A stretch of DNA of 54,265 nucleotides from Chloroflexota bacterium (GTDB lineage Bacteria; Chloroflexota; UBA6077; JACCZL01), in contig JBJXFJ010000108.1 in NCBI GenBank assembly GCA_046154735.1, positions 1 to 54,265 on the forward strand, in the 5' to 3' direction. Below are positions 1 to 8,793 of this stretch, in pieces; position 1 is the first letter of the stretch, and every line of letters begins with the position of its first letter. The position numbers were made by a program, and so were the translations under genes. The notes beneath the pieces are model-generated. The model was not told the DNA's origin. It saw only the letters and a program-made list of their open reading frames with translations, and made no database searches.

Positions 1-420
1 CTGCTCTTTGCCTTCGCGCTGGCCCGCGTCACGCCAGGACAGTCCAATCTCTACATCGCGTCCATCGGCTACATGATGTTCGGCTGGCCCGGCGCGGCGC
101 TGAGCATGCTCGCCATTGCGCTGCCGAGCTACGTGATGCTGCCTGTCTTGCGCAGTTATCATCACCTGCGCGCGTTTAGCGCGGTACCGCGCTTCACCCG
201 CGGCCTGGCCAGTACGGCGGTCGGCATCTTGCTGGCAACCACCTGGAACCTGAGCAAAGACTCACTGGAGCCGCCCGTCACCTGGGTCGTGCTCCCCGTG
301 GCGCTGGGCCTCATGCTATTCACGAAACTGCCCACGCTCGTCAGCCTGGCCCTGGCCACCATCGTTGGCGTGGTCATCGTGCTGACCATTCCCGGCGCCG
401 CCGGCTCCGTTCCGCTCTAG
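1..420 (+). CDS. chromate-ion transporter (CHR/ChrA family), C-terminal part; 5' end outside window
   Basis: Frame +1 is open from base 1 (LLFAFALARVTPGQSNLYIASIGYMMFGWPGAALSML...). The sequence is very hydrophobic and multi-TM, resembling a ChrA repeat unit. TAG stop at 418-420. Confidence 0.6.
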   Translation: MLFAFALARVTPGQSNLYIASIGYMMFGWPGAALSMLAIALPSYVMLPVLRSYHHLRAFSAVPRFTRGLASTAVGILLATTWNLSKDSLEPPVTWVVLPVALGLMLFTKLPTLVSLALATIVGVVIVLTIPGAAGSVPL

Positions 421-595
421 TGCACCGTCCAAATTGGTTTGTGGGGCTCCTCTGCCACCGGTGGTATCGGGCATCTTGCCCGACAGTGAAAAACGTACCG
501 CGCGGCGACGAGCAGGAACGCCCCAGACTGTCGGGCAAGATGCCCGACACCACCGATGACCTCTACCCGACCATCCATGATTGACAGAGCACTAG
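417..595. repeat. 179-bp palindromic (hairpin-forming) repeat element, copy 1
   Basis: Bounded by CTAG...CTAG. The ~70-bp arms are imperfect reverse complements of each other. A perfect 21-bp inner inverted repeat, TCGGGCATCTTGCCCGACAGT (467-487) / ACTGTCGGGCAAGATGCCCGA (527-547), flanks a 39-nt loop (488-526). A same-length copy lies at 2073-2251. Confidence 0.85.
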
Positions 596-855
596 ATGCT
601 TCGGGGAAAAGAGTGGACACGGGAATTGCGCCACGCCCGCGGCACTCCTGACCCATGTTCACTCTGGATTCAGCCCAAGTGGTATGCGGCGAGTAATCAC
701 CAATATCGAGCAGAGCTCGGTGTGGCCTCCGATGCAGCATGATTCGCTAGAACCGGTACACCATTGCGGCAACGCGTCATCATCGTGGCCCACGTTGTAG
801 CCACACCAATGCACTCGCGGAGCAGTCGGAAATCCGCGGATTGTTTGTCGTGTGC

Positions 856-1674
856 CTAGTAGTACACCGATCGGCCGGCGCCGCCAGTTGCAGCGACGAG
901 CTCCCCGCTGACGGCCCAGGACTTGTCCGATGCGAGAAATGCCGCGAGACTGGCGATCTCCGCGGCGTCCACCATCCGGCAGATGGCGTTGCCCCGCTGG
1001 GAATCCGGCGCGTAATCCCGAGTCTCGAGCTCATCAGGAGCAATACCCAGCTCCTTCGCCCGAGCAGCGTATTGTCCAGCAGTGCGCTCGGTGCGGGTCT
1101 GTCCGGGATGGATGCAATTGACCGTAATTCCGAACTGCCCCACTTGAACAGCCAGGGTCTTACTCAAGTGCACTAGGGAAACATTACGCGCACCGCCGCT
1201 CAGGTTGCCGGCGTTGCGCGCGTTGGACCCACTGATATTGATAATGCGGCCCCAGCGCTGTTCCTTCATGAACGGGATGGCGGCGCGAGCGCAGCGAAGT
1301 GCGCCCACATACTTCACGTTGAAATCCTGGAGCAGATCCTCGTCCACAACCGTCTCGATTGGGCCGGTGGCGGTCGTTGAGCCGCCGGGCGCAGAGCCGC
1401 TGTTCACCAGAATGTGCAGCCCGCCAAGCTCGGCCGCCGCCTGCGCCACCATCGCGTCAACCTCGGCTTTGCTAGTCACATCAGCCACGAGCGGGATGAT
1501 GCGACGCCCAGTCTCCGCGGCCAGCTCCCGCGCCGCTGCTTCCAGCGTTTCTTTGGTGCGGGCCACGATAGCGATATCAACCCCTTCGCGAGCCAGCTCT
1601 CTGGCGATGGCTTTGCCAATACCTCGGCTGCCACCTGTGACGATGGCGAACTTGTCTCGTAGCCCGAGATCCAT
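856..1674 (-). CDS. short-chain dehydrogenase/reductase (SDR) family oxidoreductase
   Basis: Start set at ATG 1674, with GGGAGG 7 nt upstream. N-terminal MDLGLRDKFAIVTGGSRGIGKAIA glycine-rich NAD(P) motif, plus NSGS and IHPG segments typical of classical SDRs. The longer ORF to 1785 adds 37 residues with no SD. Confidence 0.85.
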   Translation of the reverse strand: MDLGLRDKFAIVTGGSRGIGKAIARELAREGVDIAIVARTKETLEAAARELAAETGRRIIPLVADVTSKAEVDAMVAQAAAELGGLHILVNSGSAPGGSTTATGPIETVVDEDLLQDFNVKYVGALRCARAAIPFMKEQRWGRIINISGSNARNAGNLSGGARNVSLVHLSKTLAVQVGQFGITVNCIHPGQTRTERTAGQYAARAKELGIAPDELETRDYAPDSQRGNAICRMVDAAEIASLAAFLASDKSWAVSGELVAATGGAGRSVYY

Positions 1675-2072
1675 ACTGTGACCTCCCATCCTGTGCTGTG
1701 AAAACGCACCACGCCCCGTGGCACCAAGTGCGGCATCACTCAAGCCGGAACGCCGAATGGCTGAGTCCGAACTGAACCGCCACATCCGTCAACGAGCGAG
1801 GTTGATCGCCGTCATCTGGCCAGCGGTGCCGGCGCTTGCCTGTCGGCACTATAGTGGAAAAAGCGAAGCACATTCCCTCGGAGATCGCGCCCAGTCACGC
1901 GACCGGGTGACACAAGTAGGCTTCGTTTGGCGCCACGTGCGTTCTCAGTCGATTGAAGGGCCCTCGCAGAATGGAATCAGAGCTCAGCGCATACGGGGTG
2001 ATTGCACATTGAGAGCCAGGACTTGGGCTCAACCGCCGTGGAGCCCGCATTCGGGAATACGATTCGATGGCT

Positions 2073-2251
2073 CTAGTGCTCTGTCAACCATGGATCGTGG
2101 GGTGGAGGCAGTCGGTGGTGTCGGGGATCTTGCCCGACAGTCACGAACCGACCGCGCGGCAACGAGCAGGAACGCACCAGACTGTCGGGCAAGATGCCCG
2201 ACACGACCGGTGGAGGGAGAACCCCACAGACCAAGTTGGACGGAGCACTAG
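2073..2251. repeat. 179-bp palindromic repeat element, copy 2 (arms inverted relative to copy 1)
   Basis: Same length and the same CTAG termini as 417-595. Its left arm matches the reverse complement of the copy-1 right arm, and vice versa. Inner inverted repeat 2121-2141 / 2181-2201 around the 39-nt loop 2142-2180. Confidence 0.85.
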
Positions 2252-2294
2252 GTCGACTCCGCACCCGACTCCCGGACTGCGGGTTGTTTGAATG

Positions 2295-2879
2295 CTATGC
2301 GCTCACGTCGTGGGCCAGCAGAATCGCTTCAGCCACTTCTCGCATTGATTTTCGGCTGTTCATGCTCAGCTTCTGAATCTTCCGGAACGCCTCCGATTCC
2401 TTGAGACTTTGGGCTTCCATGAGCACGCCCTTGGCGCGCTCCACGAGTTTCCGGGTCTCCAGAGCATCGCGCGTATCGCCAAGCTCCTGCTCAAGCGAAC
2501 GAAATTCTTGAAACCGCGCAAGAGCCACCTCGATGGCCGGCACAAGCTCCGCCACACCAAAGGGCTTGACAATGTAGCCCATCACGCCAGATTCGCGCGC
2601 TCGATCAACAAACTCACGATCCGAATACGCCGTGAGCAACAACACCGGCGCTACCCGTTCTTCGGCGAGGATCTTTGCCGCGGCAATGCCATCCAGCTCA
2701 CCCGGCATCTGGATATCCATCATCACCAGATCAGGCTTGAGCTCTCGGGCTAGATTCACCGCGCTTCGACCGTCCGATGCCTCACCAACGATAAGGTACC
2801 CCTGGTTTTCCAGCATTTCCTTGAGGTCGAGTCGAACAATTGACTCATCCTCGACAATGACAATGCGATGCGATGCCAT
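2295..2879 (-). CDS. response regulator with ANTAR RNA-binding output domain (PdtaR-like)
   Basis: ATG 2879 is preceded by GGGAG 7 nt upstream. Receiver domain (IVIVEDE..., DLVMMDIQMPG acceptor Asp, VKP) followed by an ANTAR-type helical C-terminus (ETRKLVERAKGVLMEAQSL...SMNSRKSMREVA). Confidence 0.85.
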   Translation of the reverse strand: MASHRIVIVEDESIVRLDLKEMLENQGYLIVGEASDGRSAVNLARELKPDLVMMDIQMPGELDGIAAAKILAEERVAPVLLLTAYSDREFVDRARESGVMGYIVKPFGVAELVPAIEVALARFQEFRSLEQELGDTRDALETRKLVERAKGVLMEAQSLKESEAFRKIQKLSMNSRKSMREVAEAILLAHDVSA

Positions 2880-2903
2880 ACGTGTTCTCCCTGATATTGG
2901 CAA

Positions 2904-4412
2904 TTATGGAGTGGCGGAGTGCGGCGGCACGGTCCGAGGGAACGATATCAGGGTCCGGACACCCGCGTCATTCTCAATGTTCAAATCACCCTTGAGATCT
3001 TCACGCACGAGCGTGCGCACGATCTGTAGGCCCAGGCCACCCCAGTTGATGTCAAACCCTTCCGGTAAACCACGACCATCGTCACGGATATCGATGATCA
3101 TGCTGTCGTCAGTCTCTTCGAGGCGGACGACGATGGTACCCTCAGTCCGATCCACGTAGCCGTGCTCCACAGAGTTCTGGAGGAGCTCATTGATTATCAA
3201 GGCGCATGAGGTTGCTTGCTGCGCGGGCAGCATGAACAACTTTTTGCCCTCGAGCTTGAGCGATATTTTCTTGGCGGGGTCAAGCGTTCCACGAGTGACT
3301 TCACCTAGAATTCGGTTACAAACTTCGTGGATATTGATGACGCTTGTTTCATCCTTCGAGAGAAACTCGTGGACAAACGCGACACTCAAGATTCGATTAA
3401 TCGATTCTTGCAATTGCGCGGACACCTCTTCGGAGTCCGTCCGCCGAGCCTGCAAGCGCAGAAGCGCGGCAATTGTCTGGAGATTGTTTTTGACTCGGTG
3501 ATGTATCTCCTGGATCATCGCTGACTTGATCTTGAGCTCTTGCTCCTTCCGCGTCTCTTCCGTGATGTCTTGGATTGCGACGATTGCCCCCGGTGCCACA
3601 TCACGGAGACCGAGGATGCGGCCCACAAGTCCATCTCTCCGAATAGGAAGCAGAGGAATGACCCGCTTGATCCAGATCTGGTCCTGCTCTTCAACCCTCT
3701 GCTCCATGCAAACGCTGCGCTCCATGGCCTTAAAGCAGATGTACTCGTTGGTCTCGAGATCTGAGAGCTGGGTGTTGACAATTGAGTCGGGATAGCCAAG
3801 TCGCCGATAGAGGTGCTCCGCTACCACGGTTGTGTAGCGAATCTGACCACCGTTATCGATGATCAACACGCCGTCATGGAGCCCCAGGCGACCGAGAGTT
3901 TCGCCGCCACGGAGCAAGCCGAGGCGCAACATCTCACGCACGTGCGCAATGGCCCGGCGAAATGTGATGTCGCGCCGCCGTTGCCGCTCATGCTCAAGCA
4001 TCGCCATCTCACTCACCAACACGCCAATGACTCCACGCTCGCCATTGATGGGCATGGCCTCGTGCATGGTAGGGACACCGGAGATCACAATCGCCCGCTC
4101 ATGGTGCGCCGTGGGTGACTCAAGACTCCGAAATGCGAGCGGAGAATCAGCCTGCTGAACACGCAGACCCTCTTCACTCTGCACATAAAGCGACGGCACC
4201 GGCTGAGGTTGCGCGTGCCCAACAACCAGCATTTCGCCGTGATTCACCGGGATCAAGAGCTTCAGATCCGCGGAGCTGAGATCGGCCACCAGGGGCATGT
4301 TGTCCAGAACATGCTGAGCGCATTCTCGATCGCTCGCGCTGAGCGCGAGCTCGGCGAGGTGATGCAGAGGTGCGGCACCCGTTGAGGTCTCAGCCGCCAC
4401 GCGAACAACCAT
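2904..4412 (-). CDS. sensor histidine kinase, HisKA_2 type (PdtaS-like), with N-terminal GAF/PAS-like sensor region
   Basis: H-box HHRVKNNLQTIAALLRLQ, N-box NELLQNSVEHG and G-box DDGRGLP at the C-terminus. TAA stop 2904-2906 abuts the ANTAR regulator gene. Confidence 0.85.
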   Translation of the reverse strand: MVVRVAAETSTGAAPLHHLAELALSASDRECAQHVLDNMPLVADLSSADLKLLIPVNHGEMLVVGHAQPQPVPSLYVQSEEGLRVQQADSPLAFRSLESPTAHHERAIVISGVPTMHEAMPINGERGVIGVLVSEMAMLEHERQRRRDITFRRAIAHVREMLRLGLLRGGETLGRLGLHDGVLIIDNGGQIRYTTVVAEHLYRRLGYPDSIVNTQLSDLETNEYICFKAMERSVCMEQRVEEQDQIWIKRVIPLLPIRRDGLVGRILGLRDVAPGAIVAIQDITEETRKEQELKIKSAMIQEIHHRVKNNLQTIAALLRLQARRTDSEEVSAQLQESINRILSVAFVHEFLSKDETSVINIHEVCNRILGEVTRGTLDPAKKISLKLEGKKLFMLPAQQATSCALIINELLQNSVEHGYVDRTEGTIVVRLEETDDSMIIDIRDDGRGLPEGFDINWGGLGLQIVRTLVREDLKGDLNIENDAGVRTLISFPRTVPPHSATP

Positions 4413-4446
4413 GGTCCGTCAGCCCATCCAATCAGGGAGCGGCGGA

Positions 4447-5067
4447 CTACTCGAAGATCTTGAGCAGGCCGAGCGCTGTATTTCCCAGAAGTGCAAGAAG
4501 AGTGTACTTGATCGTATTTCCGAGCAGGCAGGCAATAAACACCTTCCGGATCGGGAGGCCCAGTGAGCCTGCAATAAGACCAATGGCGTCAAAGAACGGA
4601 TTCGGAAAGCTGGCGAAGATGAAGACTGTTAAAACACCATTCTTCTTCATCCACGATTCCGCGCGCAGCCACCATTTACCCCGACGTGTCTCAAGCGCTT
4701 CTCGGCTACCGATCCCGACCATATAGCCAGTCATCTCGCCCACCGCGCTGCCAAGACCGGCGAACGGCCCGACGATCCACGGGTTGACGAGCGTTCCAGC
4801 TCCAAGAACCGCCGCGAATCCAGGCGCAGGAAGCAGGACCGTAGCGCTCGAGAAGAACATAATCAGGGAAATTCCCGGATAACCGTACTGGAGCAAGGCC
4901 AATGGATCCACACCGCTGGCAAACGCCACCCCAACGCCCACCATGAACGCAAGAAGAGCAGCCACCGCCGCCACCCAGATCCATCGGACGGTGCCATGAT
5001 GCGATCGTGGAGGCGTTCCAGAAAGGTCGGCCGGCGGCGAGCCAATCTCACCGCTCTGACTGAGCAC
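4447..5067 (-). CDS. DedA/VTT-domain (YqaA-like) membrane protein
   Basis: Polytopic membrane protein with FFSSATVLLPAPG...GAGTL...GEMTGY...FPNPFFDAIGLIAG, the pattern of SNARE-associated/VTT domains. GTG start. Confidence 0.7.
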   Translation of the reverse strand: MLSQSGEIGSPPADLSGTPPRSHHGTVRWIWVAAVAALLAFMVGVGVAFASGVDPLALLQYGYPGISLIMFFSSATVLLPAPGFAAVLGAGTLVNPWIVGPFAGLGSAVGEMTGYMVGIGSREALETRRGKWWLRAESWMKKNGVLTVFIFASFPNPFFDAIGLIAGSLGLPIRKVFIACLLGNTIKYTLLALLGNTALGLLKIFE

Positions 5068-5197
5068 GCGAGCCTCTCATGAACACTGACATATGATGGT
5101 TCATCATAGCCACCCCGCATCTGGCATGCAACTGATATGTACACACCGGGTGCGGCCGGAACTTGCCCGGGACTGGAGGTCGTGGGGGGACAGAAAG

Positions 5198-5437
5198 ATG
5201 AGGATGGACGCGCAGCGTTTTGAAGACGGTCAGCGTTTGCGTCGCAACGTGCTTGGCGAGTTGTATGAGGAGCGCTCCCTCAGCCATGCACCGGATGTCA
5301 CCCACCCGTTTCAGGAACTGGTAACGGCATTTGCCTCGGGCGAGGTGTGGTAACCGATGGTGTCTTGCGGCATCCCAGCAGCGCTCGACAGAGTCCGCGC
5401 CTGCGAGGAAGTGTTTCGAGAGATCGACGGCGAATAA
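5198..5437 (+). pseudogene. carboxymuconolactone decarboxylase-family gene remnant (in-frame stop plus internal deletion)
   Basis: The N-terminal 51 codons (MRMDAQRFEDGQRLRRNVLGELYEE...PFQELVTAFASGEVW) look like the CMD-family N-terminus. They run into TAA 5351-5353. The same frame then resumes with a CMD-like C-terminus (GIPAALDRVRACEEVFREIDGE, stop 5435-5437). The ~45-50 central residues are missing. Confidence 0.5.
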
Positions 5438-5450
5438 CCCGTCACTTACA

Positions 5451-5841
5451 GAGCCGCATCCCTTGAGAGTGCGGCTCCTCCTCCCGGATTCCCGGGTAGC
5501 GCCATCGGCTCCGGCGCCCGGTTCAGAGCCGCGACCGTCAGCGAGCGGGTCCTCGAGCGATCTCATCAACACCGACATCGGCCGTCACCACCGGACCGAG
5601 CCGTATCCCGTGAGGGTGCGGTTCCCGAGGCAGGTACCCTCAATAGTGAACGGAGGAATTTGCCTCAGGAGCCGCTCGCTGACGGTCGCGGCTAGGATCC
5701 GGTGATGATGATCACAACCGGCGGGCGGAGATTCCGGGGAGGCCCCACACCCTCACGTGATGCGGCTCGGAGGCGGCGATGTTGGCTCATGTTGGTGACA
5801 TGGAGATCGGGGAGGACCCGCATCCACACGGGCTGCGGCTC
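5451..5841. repeat. array of six GAGCCGC-N11-13-GCGGCTC hairpin repeats spaced 71-75 bp apart
   Basis: Hairpins lie at 5451-5477, 5526-5551, 5598-5624, 5669-5693, 5742-5768 and 5815-5841. Type A (loop ATCCCNTGAGNGT) occurs twice forward and twice reversed. Type B (loop GACCGTCAGCGA) occurs once in each orientation. Three A copies are followed by CTCC(T)CCCGGAAT-like sequence. Confidence 0.7.
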
Positions 5842-5846
5842 GGTGG

Positions 5847-5966
5847 TCACCGAGAGTGGATGGTGCGCAGAAGGCGGCCATCGATGACCAGCAATCCGGT
5901 GAGGATGAGCGCCATGCCGGCGAGCTGCTCGGGGCGCACGGCCTCGCCCAGGATCAGTGCTCCCAG
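5847..5966 (-). pseudogene. C-terminal fragment of an EamA/DMT-family transporter gene
   Basis: The minus-strand frame reads ...LGALILGEAVRPEQLAGMALILTGLLVIDGRLLRTIHSR*, with the stop at 5847-5849. This is the typical last TM helix of EamA-domain proteins. An in-frame TGA lies about 20 codons upstream, and no start or N-terminal part exists. Confidence 0.4.
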
Positions 5967-6334
5967 TCTCACGCGTCTGATGGAGAGGCCGCGGACTGAG
6001 CGGCGGTACCGAGACGCTGCGCAGCCTCAAAGAGGACGTGGGCACCGTGCGGGAGGCCCTGCTTCGCAAGACGACAATGACCGTGGTGCAGCCCCAGGCG
6101 CTGGCCGTTCGCTGAGCTCAGCAGGCCACCCAGCGCGCCTCTGCGGCGCAAACATTGTCCCATGTTCTGGGCACACCCAAGCCAAACGGGACGCGGACAA
6201 ATCGTGAGCGCAGCGCCACTCAAATCTGGATTTCAACCCACATTGCACACCATGCGGACGCACGCTGCTTTCTCAACGGGGTACTCCTGTGAACCGAACG
6301 CGGCAGCATGGTAGCATCGAGGTGAGTTCTGTCT

Positions 6335-6670
6335 ATGCTATTTGTCGATGTCCTGAGCGCACGTGAGACCTTCGAGACTCTCCAGGAGAGCGTTGCGGAG
6401 GAAATTGCAGCCGTGCTTCGATCCGCGCGGTCCGGGATCGTGCTGCGCCGAATTGTGACCGAGCCCGAGCCAAGCGAGATCGAGATCTGGGTTGAGCTTA
6501 GCTCCGATGAGCAGTTTGCACGCCATGGCCGAGCCATCGCGGAACGCGTGGCTGAGCGCATTCGCAACGAGCAATTGATCGATGTCTGGGTCATGTTCCG
6601 CATCGTCCCGCTCAGCCAGGCCTTTCTGAATGGGCACCCCCGTGCACGCGGACACGTGACACTCGATTAG
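6335..6670 (+). CDS. hypothetical protein (two beta-alpha-beta-like half repeats)
   Basis: ATG 6335 with GAGGTGA 9 nt upstream. The composition looks coding. I recognise no family motif. Confidence 0.5.
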   Translation: MLFVDVLSARETFETLQESVAEEIAAVLRSARSGIVLRRIVTEPEPSEIEIWVELSSDEQFARHGRAIAERVAERIRNEQLIDVWVMFRIVPLSQAFLNGHPRARGHVTLD

Positions 6671-6701
6671 ATCTCGAGTCGCGAACGACGACAATCTTCC
6701 C

Positions 6702-8639
6702 CTATGGGATTGGCGCCTGGGTCTGGCGGGCAGGGGCAGCTTGCGATGCAGCGCCAGTGCCACTACCGGAATCCGCTTGCGGTAGCTTGAAATACTGGCG
6801 CAGAATCCTCATCGCAATCGGCGCCGCGTTCTTACTCCCCGTTCCCTTCTCCACAAACACGGTGACGGCGACCTCAGGATCCTCAACTGGGGCGAATCCC
6901 GTGAACCAGCCATGAGTAGGAAGAGCGCCGCTGGCATCGCGCGGCCCGGTGTACTCGCCTGTACCAGTCTTACCGGCAATCCTTAGCTCGGGAATGCGTA
7001 GATCCTTGAGCAGAACACCGGAAAAGCCAGCCTCCATGCCTTCCAGTATGACTGAACGCAGTTGCGGCGGAATATCCACATCACGAATGATCTGTGGCGG
7101 AACGGTACGAACTTGCTGTCGATCCGTGTCCGCGATCTCCTTCACCAATCGCGGACGAACCAGCTTTCCGCCATTCGCGAGGGCATTGGTAAAATTTGCC
7201 ACTTGAAGCGGCGTGGAGAGAACGTAACCCTGTCCAATGGACATGTTGTACGTATCGCCTTTCACCCAGCGTTCACCCCGACGCTGGAGCTTCCAAGCCT
7301 CATCCGGAACAACCCCGGCGGCTTCATTCGGCAGATCGATCCCCGTGGGCGCCCCATAGCCATAGAGGCGAGCATATGCGGCGAGACGCTCATTTCCGAG
7401 ACCCTGGAAGCGCTCTGTCTCGTAGCCACCACCAAGGTAAAAGAAGTACACGTTAGAGGAATTGGCCAGGGCCGAAACCATATTTAACCGGCCAAGAACG
7501 GACCAATCCGGAAAGATCTGCCGATAGTTCGGATCGTACTCACTGGGAACAAATATGGCCCCCTTGCTCTCGATGATCGTATTCCGGTTGGCAACACCAT
7601 CTTTCAGCGCCGCGGCGGCCGTGACCAGCTTGAACGTTGAGCCAGGTGGATAGAGGCCCGAGGCCGCACGATGAAAGAATGGCTGAGCCGGGTCCTTGAA
7701 GAGGAGCTCTAGCTCGGCCTCGCGGCTGTCATCTGCAAAGATGTTGTTGTCATAGGTTGGCAAGCTCACCATGGCGAGCAGGTCGCCGGTCTTAGGGTTC
7801 ATAACTATGGCAACACCGGTGGTCTCCCCATTCAAACCTTCCTGGAGAATGCGCGCGGTATCCCGCTGGAGATCCAGATCGAGACTCAAGATCAGATTTC
7901 GGCCAGGGTCCGGATTCTCTACACGAATCTCGTTGACCGGCCGACCGCTGGCTTCCACCTCGTACATTCGGCGACCGGGCTGCCCGCGCATGACCGACTC
8001 GTACTGTTCCTCAAGTCCGGCCGCTCCGATGCGATCGTTAATCGTGTAGCCCTCGCGATCGATTTTTGACCGATACTCAGCGGGGGAGAGCAGCGTCGGC
8101 GAAATCAGGCCCGTGTACCCGAGCAGGTGCGCCAACAAGGGGCCCTCACTGTACTTCCGCGTAGATTCCACGCTGATCACAACACCAGGAAGCTCCTCAT
8201 GGCGTTCTTCGATCCGTAATGCCGCGGTCCGTTCCACGTTGTACTTCACCGGAATCGGTGTAAAGAGATCGTCATCAGACCGGCGGCGCTCGATGACGCG
8301 CCGGAGGTCAAGGGTCGACATGCCCAACAGGGTCGCAAGTCGATCATAGATCTCGGCCTCGCGGCGCGCCGGGATGTCCGCCGGGACGATGGATGCCACG
8401 AAAATTGGCGCATTTGATGCCAGCAACTGGCCACGACGGTCATACATGACACCGCGTGGCGGCTTAATAGCACTAATGCGGACGCGATTGTTATCAGCCT
8501 TCTGGCGAAAGGAAGGGCCTTCAACAATTTGAAGCCGCCAGAGTTGCGCGCCCAGCACAAGGAAGGCGAGAACCACGACCGCCCGAAAGAGATTTGCCGG
8601 GAGGCTCGGCGCGCCCGTTCGCTCAGATACATCAAGCAT
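6702..8639 (-). CDS. mrdA: penicillin-binding protein 2 (peptidoglycan D,D-transpeptidase)
   Basis: N-terminal anchor LFRAVVVLAFLVLGAQLW and a PBP dimerisation region. Transpeptidase motifs STFK (PGSTFKLVTA), SSN (NSSNVYF) and KTGT (AGKTGTGE). Confidence 0.9.
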   Translation of the reverse strand: MLDVSERTGAPSLPANLFRAVVVLAFLVLGAQLWRLQIVEGPSFRQKADNNRVRISAIKPPRGVMYDRRGQLLASNAPIFVASIVPADIPARREAEIYDRLATLLGMSTLDLRRVIERRRSDDDLFTPIPVKYNVERTAALRIEERHEELPGVVISVESTRKYSEGPLLAHLLGYTGLISPTLLSPAEYRSKIDREGYTINDRIGAAGLEEQYESVMRGQPGRRMYEVEASGRPVNEIRVENPDPGRNLILSLDLDLQRDTARILQEGLNGETTGVAIVMNPKTGDLLAMVSLPTYDNNIFADDSREAELELLFKDPAQPFFHRAASGLYPPGSTFKLVTAAAALKDGVANRNTIIESKGAIFVPSEYDPNYRQIFPDWSVLGRLNMVSALANSSNVYFFYLGGGYETERFQGLGNERLAAYARLYGYGAPTGIDLPNEAAGVVPDEAWKLQRRGERWVKGDTYNMSIGQGYVLSTPLQVANFTNALANGGKLVRPRLVKEIADTDRQQVRTVPPQIIRDVDIPPQLRSVILEGMEAGFSGVLLKDLRIPELRIAGKTGTGEYTGPRDASGALPTHGWFTGFAPVEDPEVAVTVFVEKGTGSKNAAPIAMRILRQYFKLPQADSGSGTGAASQAAPARQTQAPIP

Positions 8640-8755
8640 GAATGATCCTAGAACAGCGTGCCCAATTCTACACTGCGAAGCTCAAGGAACACCGTGCAAG
8701 CCAGAATACGTGAATGCACAACTCGTTTGCGGCCTGAACGGCGGACATTCCCGCG

Positions 8756-8761
8756 TATAAT
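8756..8761 (+). promoter_or_regulatory. candidate -10 hexamer TATAAT upstream of the phosphofructokinase gene
   Basis: A perfect TATAAT lies 33 nt upstream of GTG 8794. There is no convincing -35 (best is CTGAAC at 16-bp spacing). Confidence 0.3.
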
Positions 8762-8793
8762 CGGCCGTTGGACGCTTCTCAGGGAGTAGGCAA

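Noticed and set aside
417-740. 107-aa ORF on the minus strand
   Set aside because: It is the translation of the palindromic repeat. Its C-terminus (CRARCPIPPVAEEPHKPIWTVH) is mirrored by the end of ORF 1718..2251 only because the DNA repeat is shared. The frame is not conserved across the flipped loop.
1718-2251. 177-aa ORF on the plus strand
   Set aside because: For the same reason as 417..740: it runs through the SDR upstream spacer into repeat copy 2 and stops at the element's terminal CTAG.
5451-5841. Possible degenerate CRISPR array (27-nt palindromic repeats, ~45-nt spacers, ~72-bp period)
   Set aside because: The repeats occur in both orientations, and only the stems are conserved; the loops fall into two different types. 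Pairwise identity is about 21-23 of 27 at best. No cas genes or leader are nearby. A REP/BIME-like hairpin cluster fits better.
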